A stretch of DNA of 64,000 nt, from assembly GCF_006345805.1 (NCBI RefSeq), contig NC_043006.1:33976001-34040000 (forward strand), in the 5' to 3' direction. The notes under the pieces were generated by a model. It was not told the DNA's origin. It did not search any database and saw nothing but the letters and a program-made list of their open reading frames with translations. How positions within the stretch are numbered: position 1 is the first letter of the stretch; every line of letters starts with the position of its first letter. Positions 11,309 to 23,289 of the stretch are shown in pieces. The translations under genes were made by a program, and so were the position numbers. This stretch comes from Octopus sinensis (taxonomy: Eukaryota).

Positions 11309-14300
11309 ATGGATTACATTTATGTTGGTTGTTTGAATGTGCGCGGCCTGGGAGCAGGCTGGAAGCAAGGTCGCTTCCTGCATGATATCAGGTCGCGTAA
11401 TTTAGATGTTATTGTTGCTACAGAAACCTGGTTAGAGGGGCCAAGAGGTCTACTCCCGCTGTTTGACGGCTACGAGAGTTTTTTCTCTCCTGGCAGTCCT
11501 ACAGGCGGGAGAGGGGTGTTGGTCCTATTAAAAAGAAACCGGGTTTCTGAGAAAAAGTTAATTTTTGCAGATCCAGAAGGTAGGCTGGTCGTCATGGATT
11601 TGACGTTCAGTAATGGTAAAGTTATCAGACTGGTTGCAATTTACGCACCCAACAGTAAAAAAGGGCAAAGTGATTATTTTCGTGATCTAGAAAAATTTCT
11701 TGGTACTTCGCATTCATTAGTGGTGCTAGGAGACTTTAACACAATTTGCAAAGCGGATGTAGATTGTGTTGGCTCGTGTCCAGATAGGAGAGGTAACAGT
11801 GGCTTCATGGAAATGCTAAGCCGCTTTGAGCTAGCAGATCCGTATAGGCGGGAATTTCCGAACGCTCCATTGTGGACATGGTAAAACAGCGACGGATCTT
11901 CCAGGTCATATATAGATAGAATTCTAATTAGAAAAGTAGACAGTAAAATAGCTAAGTGTCCACAGTTTTACCCGATCAGCTACAGTGATCATAAAATGGT
12001 CACTTGTAAGCTTGACATAGATAAGGTTAGAAATAGAGGAGTACAAAGACCGGATTAGGAACATAATTCAGAGGGCACTATCCGGTACCATCATTAATAA
12101 CAAATGGTGGTACGCCCTCAAACGAGCCATCAAGTTTGAGTCTATTAGATATAGCATAGGAGTAGTGGCTAGAGAGGCTAGAGGGGATAATACTCTAGTT
12201 AAGGAATTAGAGGAAGCCATGAAAACTGGCTCTGCGGCTCAGGTGGCGTCCAAGAGACTGGTGTTAAACCAGCACCTCGAGGCCAAACACATGGGCTGCA
12301 TTGTCAGGGCTAGAATCCGCCATATGGGATGTGAAGGAATCAACGCCGTGAGATGGGCCCGAGTGGTGGAAGCTCAGCATGGTAACGGTGCCACGATTCG
12401 ATCTTTGACGAACCAACAAGGTGAGTTGATAAACGAACCCGAGGAGATGTGTGAGGCCTTCCAGGAGCACTTCTCTCAGCTTTTCGGTGAGTGCGGCGGA
12501 CTGGATAGGAGGAGGGCCTTTACGGACCTACTCGACGGGCTGCCGCGCTTATCGGGGCGAGATGCGGAGGGCTGTGAAGGGCCAATCACGCCTGAGGAGG
12601 TGTTTGAGGCAATGGCGGACTGCGGCGCAGGCAAGGCGCCGGGTTTGGATGGTCTACCCTATGAGTTATATAAGAGTATGCCAGACTTGTTCGGGCACCT
12701 ACTGGCGGAGGTCTATGCGACTGGCAGCAGAACGGGCTTATACCCAGATCTGTGCGCCGGGGAGTAGTGACTCTCGTCAGAAAGGACCCGAGCAAGGGGG
12801 AGTGCATTGATAATTTCAGGCCCATCACTCTGCTAAACACAGAGTTGAAGATTTTGGCCAAAGTGTTATCGAAAAGATTGGCGCGTGTCGCGGATGGTCT
12901 GATCGGAGAGGCACAGACATGTGCCGTTCCGGGCAGATCCATTCAGGATAATCTCCATCTAATGCGGTACACTATAGAGGGGTTTAATAGTGATTCTGGC
13001 AAGGGTGGGGTACTGGTCCATTTAGACCAATCTAAAGCCTTTGATAGGGTCGACCATCGTTACCTGGTATCTGCCCTGGCACAGTTCGGGCTGAGCCTTG
13101 GCTTCCTCAGGTGGATTATCCAAATTTATGATAACATCGACTCGGTAGTTCGGGTGAACGGCTTCTTGTCCAAGCCGTTCAAAATCAAACGCTCGGTTCG
13201 TCAAGGGTGTCCGCTCTCCCCGCTTTTGTACGTGATGGCTCTAGAGCCATTACTGCGAAAACTGAGCGGCATCCCGAGACAGCCGGGTAATGGAAAATCA
13301 GTGTCAGCGTACGCGGATGACATCACCATCATCGTAACCGAAATGGACCACCTATTTAAAGTAAGCAAGGCCATAGAGGTTTACGAGACGGTGACAGGAG
13401 CAAAAGTTAATCGCGAAAAGTCAGTCGGCTTGCAACTCGGCACCTGGAGAGGCAAGTCGATGCCTCCTGACAGCGTCGTGGGACGTTGGACGGAGGGTCC
13501 GATTAAATTGCTAGGGGTCTGGTTCGGTCCAGACCTCCAAATAGAGAAGAATTGGGGCGAGGTAACGAGCAAGGTGGCTGCAGTAGCCAAGACCTGGTCT
13601 TGGCGGTGGCTATCCTTGAAAGGGAGGGCGGAGGTGGCCAATGTGTTTATCGCATCGGTTATCACCTACCGCCTTTCCGTCGTTCCTTGCCCCGATTCGT
13701 GGTTGACCAAGTTGGAAAGACAGCTCTTCTACTTCTTGTGGAAGGGTAGGAAACCACTTGTGAAACGCTCTACTTGCTGTCAACAACCGTTAAAGGGTGG
13801 GCTAGGGATGCCTTGGCTGATGATGCGCAGACAAGCGCTGAGGTTAAGACATCTGTGGCTCTACCTTGATGGTGAACGGGTGTGGTCTCCGTTAGCAAAA
13901 CTGATGTTTCCCAAGTTCACTAGTTTCGGTGGACGGGAAACCTGGCTGAATCGTAGATCGAAACTCGGTACTTGGTACACGGAGTGTCGCAAGGCTCTCC
14001 TGCCATTCCGTCGCTCGGGCAACGCCTGCGGTGGGGGTTCCACCACATTCTTCTATAGAGGGTTGGTAGAGGCGGAATGTGAAGATACCTTGGGGGAAAC
14101 CCTAGGTCTCGACGATAATCAGCTGGCCAGTCTGTTCCGACGTACGTTCAAGCCGAGGACACTGGACAACTTCCAGAAGTCTCTGGCATGGCAATGCTAC
14201 AGAGGAGCTCTACCTGTTCGGGATAAACTCGCAAGGCACGGTGGCCGAGACAGTCCGATATGTCCAAGATGCGGGCGGGATAGGGAAACCGTCCCGCACG

Positions 14301-14662
14301 CTATTGTTCATTGTCCGGACGTGTCTGAGGTGTGGGTTTATGCCGAACAGCTGTTGTCAGGTACACGAAGAGTACAGCTGTCGACTGAGTCGATTACAAA
14401 AATTGACCCACCGGATTTCCTCGTGAATGAAGGTAAGTTTCGTTTTCTCGTTGTAGTAGCAATTGCGAAAGAGGTGATATGGAAGACGAGAGTGAAAGGT
14501 TTACAGTCAGGCAAGTTCATCTCTGGCCCTGGTTTGATGAATTATTTCATCTTCCACCTGAAAAGGAAGATAGGGCTGGAGAGAATATGCCTGACTAGGA
14601 GAGTGTATGAAGAACGATGGAAAGATGTGGCACGGAAGTTGCGAGTGAAAGATACAACATAA
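11309..14662 (+). pseudogene. LINE ORF2: AP endonuclease, reverse transcriptase and C-terminal CCHC finger
   Basis: LNVRGL, ETWL, IYAPN, GDFN, YIDRI, YSDHK; FRPITLLNT, LDQSKAFDRVDH, RQGCPLSPLLY, YADD; CPRC..ETVPHAIVHC. Lesions: TAA at 11882, frameshifting deletion near 12040, 1-nt deletion near 12720. Confidence 0.95.
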
Positions 14663-14922
14663 ATGTAATACCAAGCGCAACCAAAAGTATCAGTGGGGAG
14701 GCGGGGCTCGTGGGGTCCGAGCTAAACCCGCACCCACTCCACCTGTAATGTCTTCCGGTCTATTCCATCATTCGATTTTGTGTATATTCTTGTAATTTCA
14801 TGTTATTTTTAAATCCGATTTTTTGTAAAAACCATCCGTATGTCTGACCCCACATCAGATTGTATTGTCCCCTCTATGTTCGCCCCTTGTGGGTAGTAAT
14901 AAAATCAACTTACCATCTCTAA

Positions 14923-15112
14923 TATTATAAATAGCTTCTTCTTAAGAGTAGCTCCTTATCCTTATCAGAAACCCGCCATAACTCAAAAGAACTGTAATCG
15001 TACAAATTGATTCAGCCATTTTTATATACCTACATTTTAAGCGAGATACAAAACTTTTGGATTGACAATACGTTATATTTTTATTTCGTATTTTAATATC
15101 GTTTTTAAAAGT
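14923..15112 (+). repeat. Continuation of the Penelope-like terminal repeat interrupted by the LINE
   Basis: Joins to 9645-9710; uninterrupted homologue at 8802-8870. Confidence 0.7.
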
Positions 15113-15309
15113 AAGTGTGATTTTATATTTTCGTACAGTTTCGATATATTTTAAAAAATATATTTATATCTATATATTTTTAATGTATTTTAAATATGTT
15201 TTGAGCATATTTTCATATATTTTTTCAGTCTTAGCATATAATCTAGTGCATATGATTTTAAAACAATATATGTTGATAACTTATCCTTTGTCTCACTTAA
15301 GTTATCTGT

Positions 15310-15490
15310 ATATTTGCCTATCTATTTGCCTGCCTGTCTGTTTGTCTGCCTGCCTGTCTGCCTATCTGTTTGTCTGTCTGTCTGTTTGTTTATCTGTCTG
15401 TCTATCTGTTTGTCTGTCTATTTGCCTGTCTGTCTGTGTGTCTGTCTGTTTGCCTGCCTGTGTGTCTGTCTGTCTCTTTATTTGTCTATA
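15310..15490. repeat. Degenerate (TGTC/TATC)n microsatellite
   Basis: Direct inspection. Confidence 0.9.
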
Positions 15491-16148
15491 CGGTGGACTC
15501 TCCTGTCGTGAACGAGAGATAAGGGGTTCTACAATGTTTTCTTGAACAACCTGCACACACGAGTTGTTTATAGGGATCAGATGTTTGTCCCTCACACCAA
15601 CAAATCGATGTTGCCTGAACAGGTACATTGTGTTCCATATGTCAGATGTCAAAATGAACGCAGAATAACAGGAGACGAGGTCTTTAGTTCACAAGGCGCT
15701 GCCCAATCCGGAAATCAAAACTTCACTCACGCAATCGTGAGTACAACACTCTAATACAGTCATGGACAACCAGCCTCTAGTGTGACCTTCTGGATGGCAC
15801 GCCAATCAAAAATTACTTTGAATTTCTTTTTGCAGTGCGGCCCGTCTGATAATGAGCGATGTCTCATGCAGCTCGCTTCTTGGAAACGGTGACTCATGCC
15901 TACCCTAACCACTAGGTCACACACACCCTATTCTCTAACAAAAAAAATAGTGCTTACAATGGCTTCGAAGTATCGGCAAGCTTAACCTTGTTCAGACTCT
16001 GCATTGAAGACCAAGGAGGCCGAAACTTCAGAGTCACTGTCAACACTATTCGTGTAAATGCGATAAGAATCTACTCTACGAAAGTGCTGCTTAATCCTTT
16101 AGTTTAATGTAAAATTGGTTTTAGATATAACTTGACATACAATAAAGA

Positions 16149-16151
<3 letters not shown>

Positions 16152-16213
<62 letters not shown>

Positions 16214-16379
16214 TGGCCTGCTCGCCTAGCCAACGGGATGATGTCATTCGAAGGCTAAAATAATGCAAAGCGTATTGTAACCAGCAATGTGAAACGACTT
16301 CTGATTGTCTGGTCGGTAATGTCATATCGTGAGATATCTGCAATTTATATGTATGTAATATATATATAGTTAACATACC

Positions 16380-16454
<75 letters not shown>

Positions 16455-16870
16455 AAAATACCTTAATAAAAAACGCTAAAACCAGTCTGTGTTTTAACTT
16501 TATTCAACTGATATGCTATTTTTATACGCAGTTGAGCATAGAAAAATGCCCCTGGGGGCCGGCCGCCCTCCAGCCTGCAAACATCTTCCACTCAGTGCAG
16601 CTGTGATAAGGTAATGAGCGCCTCCACACTGATTGCGCCAGCGCGAAGCAGGGCCTCTACATCAGTAATGCGATCCTGCCATCTGATATGCAAGATGGTG
16701 CGCTGTGACGAAGTTGGACTCGCGTCAAGGCCTTGATGTGCCAACGGAATGCATAAGTGATGTTTAGTGTGACTGACGTATAAGAGTACATTTGGTATTC
16801 AATACGCCAGTCGTGACGTTTAGCTGTCATCTCGTCTTGTTCAGGAAATTTAACAGGTTTTAAGGTAGTG

Positions 16871-16955
<85 letters not shown>
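16152..16955. repeat. (CA)n 16152-16201, (TA)n 16383-16450 and (TA)n 16874-16955
   Basis: Direct inspection. Confidence 0.95.
16530..16850 (-). mobile_element. RTE-clade LINE ORF C-terminal remnant
   Basis: Minus frame QRTILHIRWQDRITDVEALLRAGAISVEALI...QLH*V..VCRLEGGRPP..FFYAQL resembles RTE L..IL.I.WQD.I...EVL.RA...SIE.....QLRW.GHV.RM...R.PK...YGEL. Confidence 0.8.
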
Positions 16956-16958
<3 letters not shown>

Positions 16959-17939
16959 TGTGTGTGTGTGTGCATATCTGTCTGCACGAACACACATTTC
17001 GATGATAATTATGTTCAGTTTTGATCTAGCAGACCACTTACGTTCAACAATATGTCGACCGTGGCCATCCCGCCTTTTATTTAGACACTGTGTGAATGTG
17101 AAATGTTTTTTTTTTCTTTGTTTTAAACGGTGATATGTCATTTGTAAAAGATTTGGCTGATATTTCTAGCTGGTGTAATGACCACTTAAGAAGCTCCTTT
17201 GTTGGTTCAATGCCTATGAGTATAGATGTGTATGTTCGTATGTTTTTTTTTGTATATATGTACGTGCGTATGTATATGTGTATTAATACATGTGTGTGCG
17301 CGTACTCATGTATATGCATGTGTGTATTTTTATATGAATGTGTGTGTGTGTTTGCGCGTCTGTATGTATATGCATGTGTGCATTATTATATGTATGCGCG
17401 TGTGTATGTGTCAGCGTGTTTATATGTATGTGTTCTATGTCTGTACGTATTTATGTATGTGTGTATATGTATGCATGGCTGTTCTATGACGTATTATCGT
17501 AAATGTTTCATGTCGTTCGTCTTTCCGACGTACTTTTGAACGAACCTTTTGCAAAATTTGCCATTTTCCAATATGCACTATAAAATCAATGAAGCTGTAT
17601 CACTTTTGATATCCCTCTCATATATTTTCTTCTTTCTGCTCCCCATGTCTCATCAAATATCGTATTCTATCTCTGATCTAGCGCATGTTTTCTCTTCGAT
17701 GCATTTTTCAATCATTTTTTGCTAGAGGCCTACATTATTATGGAAAAATACTTTTGATGTAAAATACTTGCCTCTTTAACTGAACTTCGAACTCTGATCC
17801 AACCGACCTTTTCACCCAGCGATATCATGTGAATTAAGCGTAGTGTTATTATTGTTTTATAACAGAAGTGTTGCACGAGTTTAGCATGACGACGTCATGT
17901 GACACGAACTGGTGGCCATGGGAAGAAAAGTGGAAGACA

Positions 17940-19800
17940 TAACAATGGCGCTATCGACCAGCTGTGGAGAACTAATGCTGTCTGATTCCGATTTGATTAA
18001 ATCCTTGTTACGATGTCTTTCAGCCAGTTCTAGAACAAAGTAACTCAAAGGCTCTGTTGATAAAAGAGAAATAAACGATCTTTTATTTCTTCGCCAAAGT
18101 AAGAATTGAGAATATTGTATCTGTGATGGTGTACCCTAAAGCGTTGGAAGAAATGAACTTCGCAGACATAAAGGAAACTATAATATCATACTATAAAATC
18201 AATGAAGCTGTTTATTGCTGAAAGGACATGAAAGTAGATGCCATCGGAACCAATACATCGATATGGATAAACTACTGATAGAAACCGTTTTTGGGAAGCT
18301 GATAACTTAGGGGCAGCAGGGAAATCTGCTGAAGATGACCTTATACAAATGCAACAAATTGATGGACTTCACAATTCTGCATATCGTTCTAGAATATTAG
18401 AACACTTGCAGTTTCAGGAAATGCTATTACCGAGTTGTTGGTAATAGCAATTTGAAACGATTAATGATTTTATTTTGGTTCCAACTAATTATAGTAATGG
18501 TTTCAAAATTTGGCATAAGGTTAGCAGTTTTAGGGGACAGGATAAGTCGGTTTCATTGACCGCTTAACTGGCACTTATTTTTTCGATACCGAAAGGATAA
18601 AAAAAGAAATAAGTCGATCTCGGCGGAATTCGAACTCAGAACCTAAAGACAGATGAAATGCTGCTGAGCATTTCCCCCGGCGTGCTAACGGTTCTGCCAG
18701 ATCTCCGCCGATGTGGGGATGGAGTTTAGACTGGAAAAATGCGCGAAAGCAACATTAAAAAAAGGCAGAAGGACAAACAGAAGTTCCATAATGATAGTGT
18801 GTTGATAGAATTGTCAGTGCACCAGCGAAGTAACTTGAGTGTGTGCCACCCGATGCGGCACTTGACTTTGTCTCTGCCTCCCTCCGAGCCCAGAAGTCTA
18901 TACATGCTTATGCAGCAGAACGATGGGGAGGACGGCCCCCTCGCCCTCCCCTAACTATGCTACTGAGTGCCACATGTTAAGACTTTGAGAAAAAAGCTTA
19001 CATGTAAGTCTTGCCCACAATATTAGAATGTGTCCCGTTTTTTTGCGGAAGATATGCTATATCTGTCAGGAGAAGAAGCAGTTTAAGCATGTCTGGTTAT
19101 CTCGAAAAGAATTTGAGAAATGCTCCCAGTTGATGCTGATGCAGATAGTGACCAAGGGTTGAGCAATGTCTTCAGATCTAGGGACAGTGACGCCAACTCA
19201 CCAACCTCCGTTAAATTAAACAATATTGAAAAACAGATGCAAGTAGATACGGTCAGCGACGTCACCATTATCTCAAAAATGTTTGGAGGAAACATGGCTC
19301 ACGATCTGGAATCTTGCATTGGCAGACTCAAGCAATTAAATGGCTCAGTTATCCAATTGCTTCGAAATTTTCAAACCATTTGGACGACGGAAATTACGAA
19401 CGATGTATCGTATTTGACGGCATAAAAGACGCCCGAACATATTTGATTCCTCACCATTTTAGCAGCGCATATTCAGGAAGACAGGCTTTTAGCGTATTAA
19501 AGTTTATAGGAGGCCCTATTTCGTATAGTATAGGACCCAGGTGATATTTTTCAGAATTTTTTTTTTATTTGGAAAGAAAGTGTATTTTGTATGTCATCAA
19601 ATACGATAATTTCCGTAACTGCCGTTGAATGATCATATTGGAAAGAATGGTGCCGACATGTAATAGCCTTTCACTTATTCATCACACACAATCTAAAGGG
19701 TGCTTAAAAGGTTTTAAAGCCGAAATAAAATTAAAAACTAACGCTGAACACTTACCGATCGTCGAGACAAATTTCTGTACATATTTATCTTCTTGTAGCA
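17940..19800 (+). mobile_element. Old Ty3/Gypsy gag-protease remnant, interrupted by a SINE at 18486-18709
   Basis: Gag-like YPKALEEMNFADIKETI..KLFIAER..LIQMQQIDGLHNSAYRSRILEHLQ; retropepsin-like VKLNNIEKQMQVDTVSDVTIIS (D at 19246); GCLKGFKAEIKLK linker. Confidence 0.7.
18486..18709 (-). mobile_element. tRNA-derived SINE, family 2 (Nin/Deu-like core)
   Basis: Head GGCGGAGATCTGGCAGAACCGTTAGC, B-box GAGTTCGAATTCC, core CCTTTCGGTATCGA. Confidence 0.8.
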
Positions 19801-20064
19801 AAATTGAAGTAAATACCAATCAATGGCTTAATGAAAAGAGCTGAATCAGAAAGAAGTAGGCTTCACCATTGGGCGCAAGCAATTTACATATTTGCATAGA
19901 TTACAACGTAGGAGTAAATTCTGACTGTTACCCTGACGGCATAATTCATGCTGGCAGATAAGAAGCTTGCCAATGATTTCAATTTCTGATGAAATTCAGA
20001 AAGTAACAACTGTGAGTACTCCCTTTATGTTATTACGTTCGACATGTGTGTCATGCAGGATATA

Positions 20065-20286
20065 TATTTCTTTATTGCCCACAAGGGGCTAAACATAGAG
20101 GGGACAGACAAAGGGATTAAGTCGATTACATCGTCCCCAGTGGGAAACTGGTACTTTATTTATCGACCCCGAAAGGATGAAAGGCAAAGTCGACCTCGGC
20201 GGAATTTGAACTCAGAACGTAACGACAGACGAAATACCGCTAAGCATTTCACCCGGCGCGCTAACGTGTCTGCCAGCTCACCGCCT
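20065..20286 (-). mobile_element. Young family-2 SINE carrying the LINE-matching tail (type 1)
   Basis: 11-bp TSD TGCAGGATATA (20054-20064 and 20287-20297); B-box GAGTTCAAATTCC; tail TGTCCCCTCTATGTTTAGCCCCTTGTGGGCAATAAAGAAAT. Confidence 0.92.
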
Positions 20287-20960
20287 TGCAGGATATAAGC
20301 GACAAGCGCCATATTTGAATGTTCTATGGAAAATATATTTGGCGATGTCAACGGGATTGTAGTGATCCTATAACGGTGCGCGCGCGCGCACCGTCCATTT
20401 TCTATTTCGCGCGTGTGGTGTTGGTGCCTTCACCAAGAGAGAGGAAGGGCCCTCTCGCGCATGCGCGAAGCACCGGAAGAAGAACCCTATTGCCTACGTA
20501 GCAGTTAGCGAGGCAAGGGGGTCGTAGAACGTTTGACCACTAGCAGCAGTCAGCGGGAACTTGGGACAGCTGCGACCGAAGGAGACGGACGTGTATTCTC
20601 GCTGTCCAGCTTTGATAGCAGTCGGCCGAAAAGCTTTTAACCAAATTGTTGCCGACCACATTCATCTTCTCTGTTCCGGACGCCATATTTAACCCGTTCT
20701 GTTTTTAGCGGCTGAACATTGTAAATATTACAATTCGATTAACTTTCAGCCTTGCGCGCCCAGAACCAAGGACATCAGATAACCACTTATTGTTACTGTT
20801 ACCAAGAAAGAGAATAAAGTAGTATATATATCTTTTACGTCTGCGTCTTGTTGTTTCTGACTGGTAGAATTCTGGATTTTAAAGCAACGACTAGTGATTG
20901 CTTTCTTGTACCCCGAAAGTACAAGAGAAGATATATTCGCTCACACTAAGTTCGTTACAG

Positions 20961-20980
20961 TGGTGACCTCCCGACGTGAT
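20961..20980 (+). promoter_or_regulatory. Primer-binding site complementary to the tRNA-Trp 3' end
   Basis: TGGTGACCTCCCGACGTGAT versus TGGTGACCCCGACGTGAT (2-nt insertion), 1 nt after the 5' LTR. Confidence 0.8.
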
Positions 20981-22443
20981 TCTGGTCTAAAACCAGAGAT
21001 CACTTATCAACAAAGAAATCCAGTTTTTCTGCGAAGTCGGAACACGATTTAACTCTACGCATTCATCTTTCGACGATTTGTTTCCGTCCACTCGGACCGT
21101 TATAGAAGGAGCCCTTTTCTTATTCTACAGCCATGATGACGAACGCCATCATATCAACGATGCCTTTTCTCCACCTTCGTCATCGCCATCGTCGTCTTTC
21201 TACTTCACGTCGTCGCCATCATCACTAAGAACGATGTTGTCTCAAGTCCACTACAGTCGCCTTCCTCCACCACCGTCGCCTTTCAACACCGTCGACCAAG
21301 ATGTACATAGCAACTCGCGGAACTTTAGCGTGCACGCTGTATGTGCATATTGCACACCAAGGAAAAACAGCACCGTCTATCTACGAGATTCTTCTGTTCC
21401 AGTTAACATGTCACAGCATCGAAGCTACAACCGCTACACATTGTGTTCAACCGGCATCTGCATTTTTGTGATTTCAACATTTCTGTTACAGAACGAACTG
21501 CTATTGTGCATCAGGCTATTACAGACTGGTAAATTAACTCTTGTCTGGAATAGCCTTGAGAGACAATTTTTTTCTATGCACTGTATTTATTTTTTTTGCT
21601 CGCATTCACCTTGTATGTATTTTTGTCGCACACACGTACACACACATGCTTTTCTCGCTTGTTTGTTCCATGCTAAATTTGCCTTTTTTGGACACCCCTC
21701 ATTTCTATAGACCCTAGGGGTCACGTATACATAGAGAGGGTTGTTTGTCCATTATAACGCGCCAGCATGTCATACTTTTGTTCCTGTACGAACGAGGCAT
21801 ATAATCGCTCAACCACAGCCATATTCATTTGCTGTTTTTCGGTCTGGCAAGCTCTATTGCATTTCATGCGCCTTTTGCTTCGCACGTGTACTTGCCTTGT
21901 TTTTGCAACACGTTTGCGTTTGGCTTAGTTCTTTTCCCGACTCATAGGACGTCGGATGTTCACATGCGCTGCGCCATGTTTAGGCGTAATTATTTTTCCC
22001 TGTTAGACCACTGTTGGTCACGTAATTAACAGAAAATTATCTGTGTCGCGCATCACACCAGCATGTTTGCACTTTTGCCTTTTGTGTTACTAGCGAGCTT
22101 CTGTCAATTCCATTTCCTCTCCTGCAGCAATTGATTTAACTGCTATTTTGCAGGAACAACTACCTTTAGAGGAGTTGGATTTAATTTCGCCTAGGTTCAT
22201 TGACTGTGAGTTTTGCTTTCCCTCCGCTCCCTACAGCGGAAGGCTCTATACTTTGTGACGTATAACCTTTCATGCATGCACTCTTGATTTTTGCTCATTG
22301 AGTATTTTTTCTCTTTTTCCTTTAGTAAATTTCTTGTGTATGTTATAAATTTTGCCATTTATTATATTGTGTGCTATTTGGTTATCTGGTGTCCACCTTG
22401 AGTTTAAAGTCACTACAAAGGATTTTGTGTCGTGCTACGCACT

Positions 22444-22452
22444 GGAGGGGAG
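22444..22452 (+). promoter_or_regulatory. Polypurine tract
   Basis: GGAGGGGAG, 3 nt before the 3' LTR. Confidence 0.75.
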
Positions 22453-23289
22453 CCTTGTAGTGATCCTATAACGGTGCGTGCGCGCGCACCGTCCATTTTC
22501 TATTTCGCGCGTGTGGTGTTGGTGCCTTCACCAAGAGAGAGGAAGGGCCCTCTCGCGCATGCGCGAAGCACCGGAAGAAGAACCCTATTGCCTACGTAGC
22601 AGTTAGCGAGGCAAGGGGGTCGTAGAACGTTTGACCACTAGCAGCAGTCAGCGGGGACTTGGGACAGTTGCGACCGAAGGAGACGGACGTGTATTCTCGC
22701 TGTCCAGCTTTGATAGCAGTCGGCCGAAAAGCTTTTAACCAAATTGTTGCCGACCACATTCATTTCCCTGTTCCGGACGCCATATTTAACCCGTTCTGGT
22801 TTTAGCGGCTGAACATTGTAAATATTACAATCGATTAACTTTCAGCCTTGCGCGCCCAGAACCAAGGACATCAGATAACCACTTATTGTTACTGTTACCA
22901 AGAAAGAGAATAAAGTAGTATATATATCTTTTACGTCTGCGTCTTGTTGTTTCTGACTGGTAGAGAACTGGATTATTAAAGCAACGGCTAGTGATTGCTT
23001 TCTTGTACCCCGAAAGTACAAGAGAAGATATTCACTCACATTGAAGTTCTTTACAGGATAATAATTTATTAGGACGACATTTTCACTAGTGGCCGCACTA
23101 CTGCTAAACTGGAGCAGAAAATAAAGGCAGTTACTCAGCACCTATAGCATTGCTGATACCGAAAAGAAGTGTCTTTCGTGCAGATAAGCTGATCTTCCGA
23201 GGCTATGAAATCTGCAGACAAGGTATCCGGCTAGACAATACGTTAGTGAAGACCTGCAACTTAAACAACCCAACATCCACGTAGAATAG

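Larger units (their letters stand above)
9711..14904 (+). mobile_element. Full-length L1/Tx1-clade non-LTR retrotransposon, 5194 bp, recently inactivated
   Basis: Perfect 18-bp TSD TCAACTTACCATCTCTAA at 9693-9710 and 14905-14922; 5' UTR, ORF1, ORF2 and 3' UTR ending in AATAAAA. Confidence 0.95.
20358..23055 (+). mobile_element. Non-autonomous LTR retrotransposon, 2698 bp
   Basis: LTRs 20358-20959 and 22456-23055 (TGTA...TACA, about 97% identical by eye); 4-bp TSD GGAT; PBS; PPT; no gag/pol motifs inside. Confidence 0.92.

Noticed and set aside
15995-16045. Hammerhead-like TTGAAGA..GAAAC.TTC
   Set aside because: Stem II is only 2 bp, there is no stem III, and 3 unpaired nt separate stem I from the core
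19980-20010. CTGATGA-AATTCA-GAAA as a hammerhead
   Set aside because: No stem I, II or III pairing
21078-21710. 210-aa ORF inside the LTR element as a possible gag
   Set aside because: TTG start, low-complexity Ser/Pro and Phe/Cys composition, no zinc knuckle or gag motif
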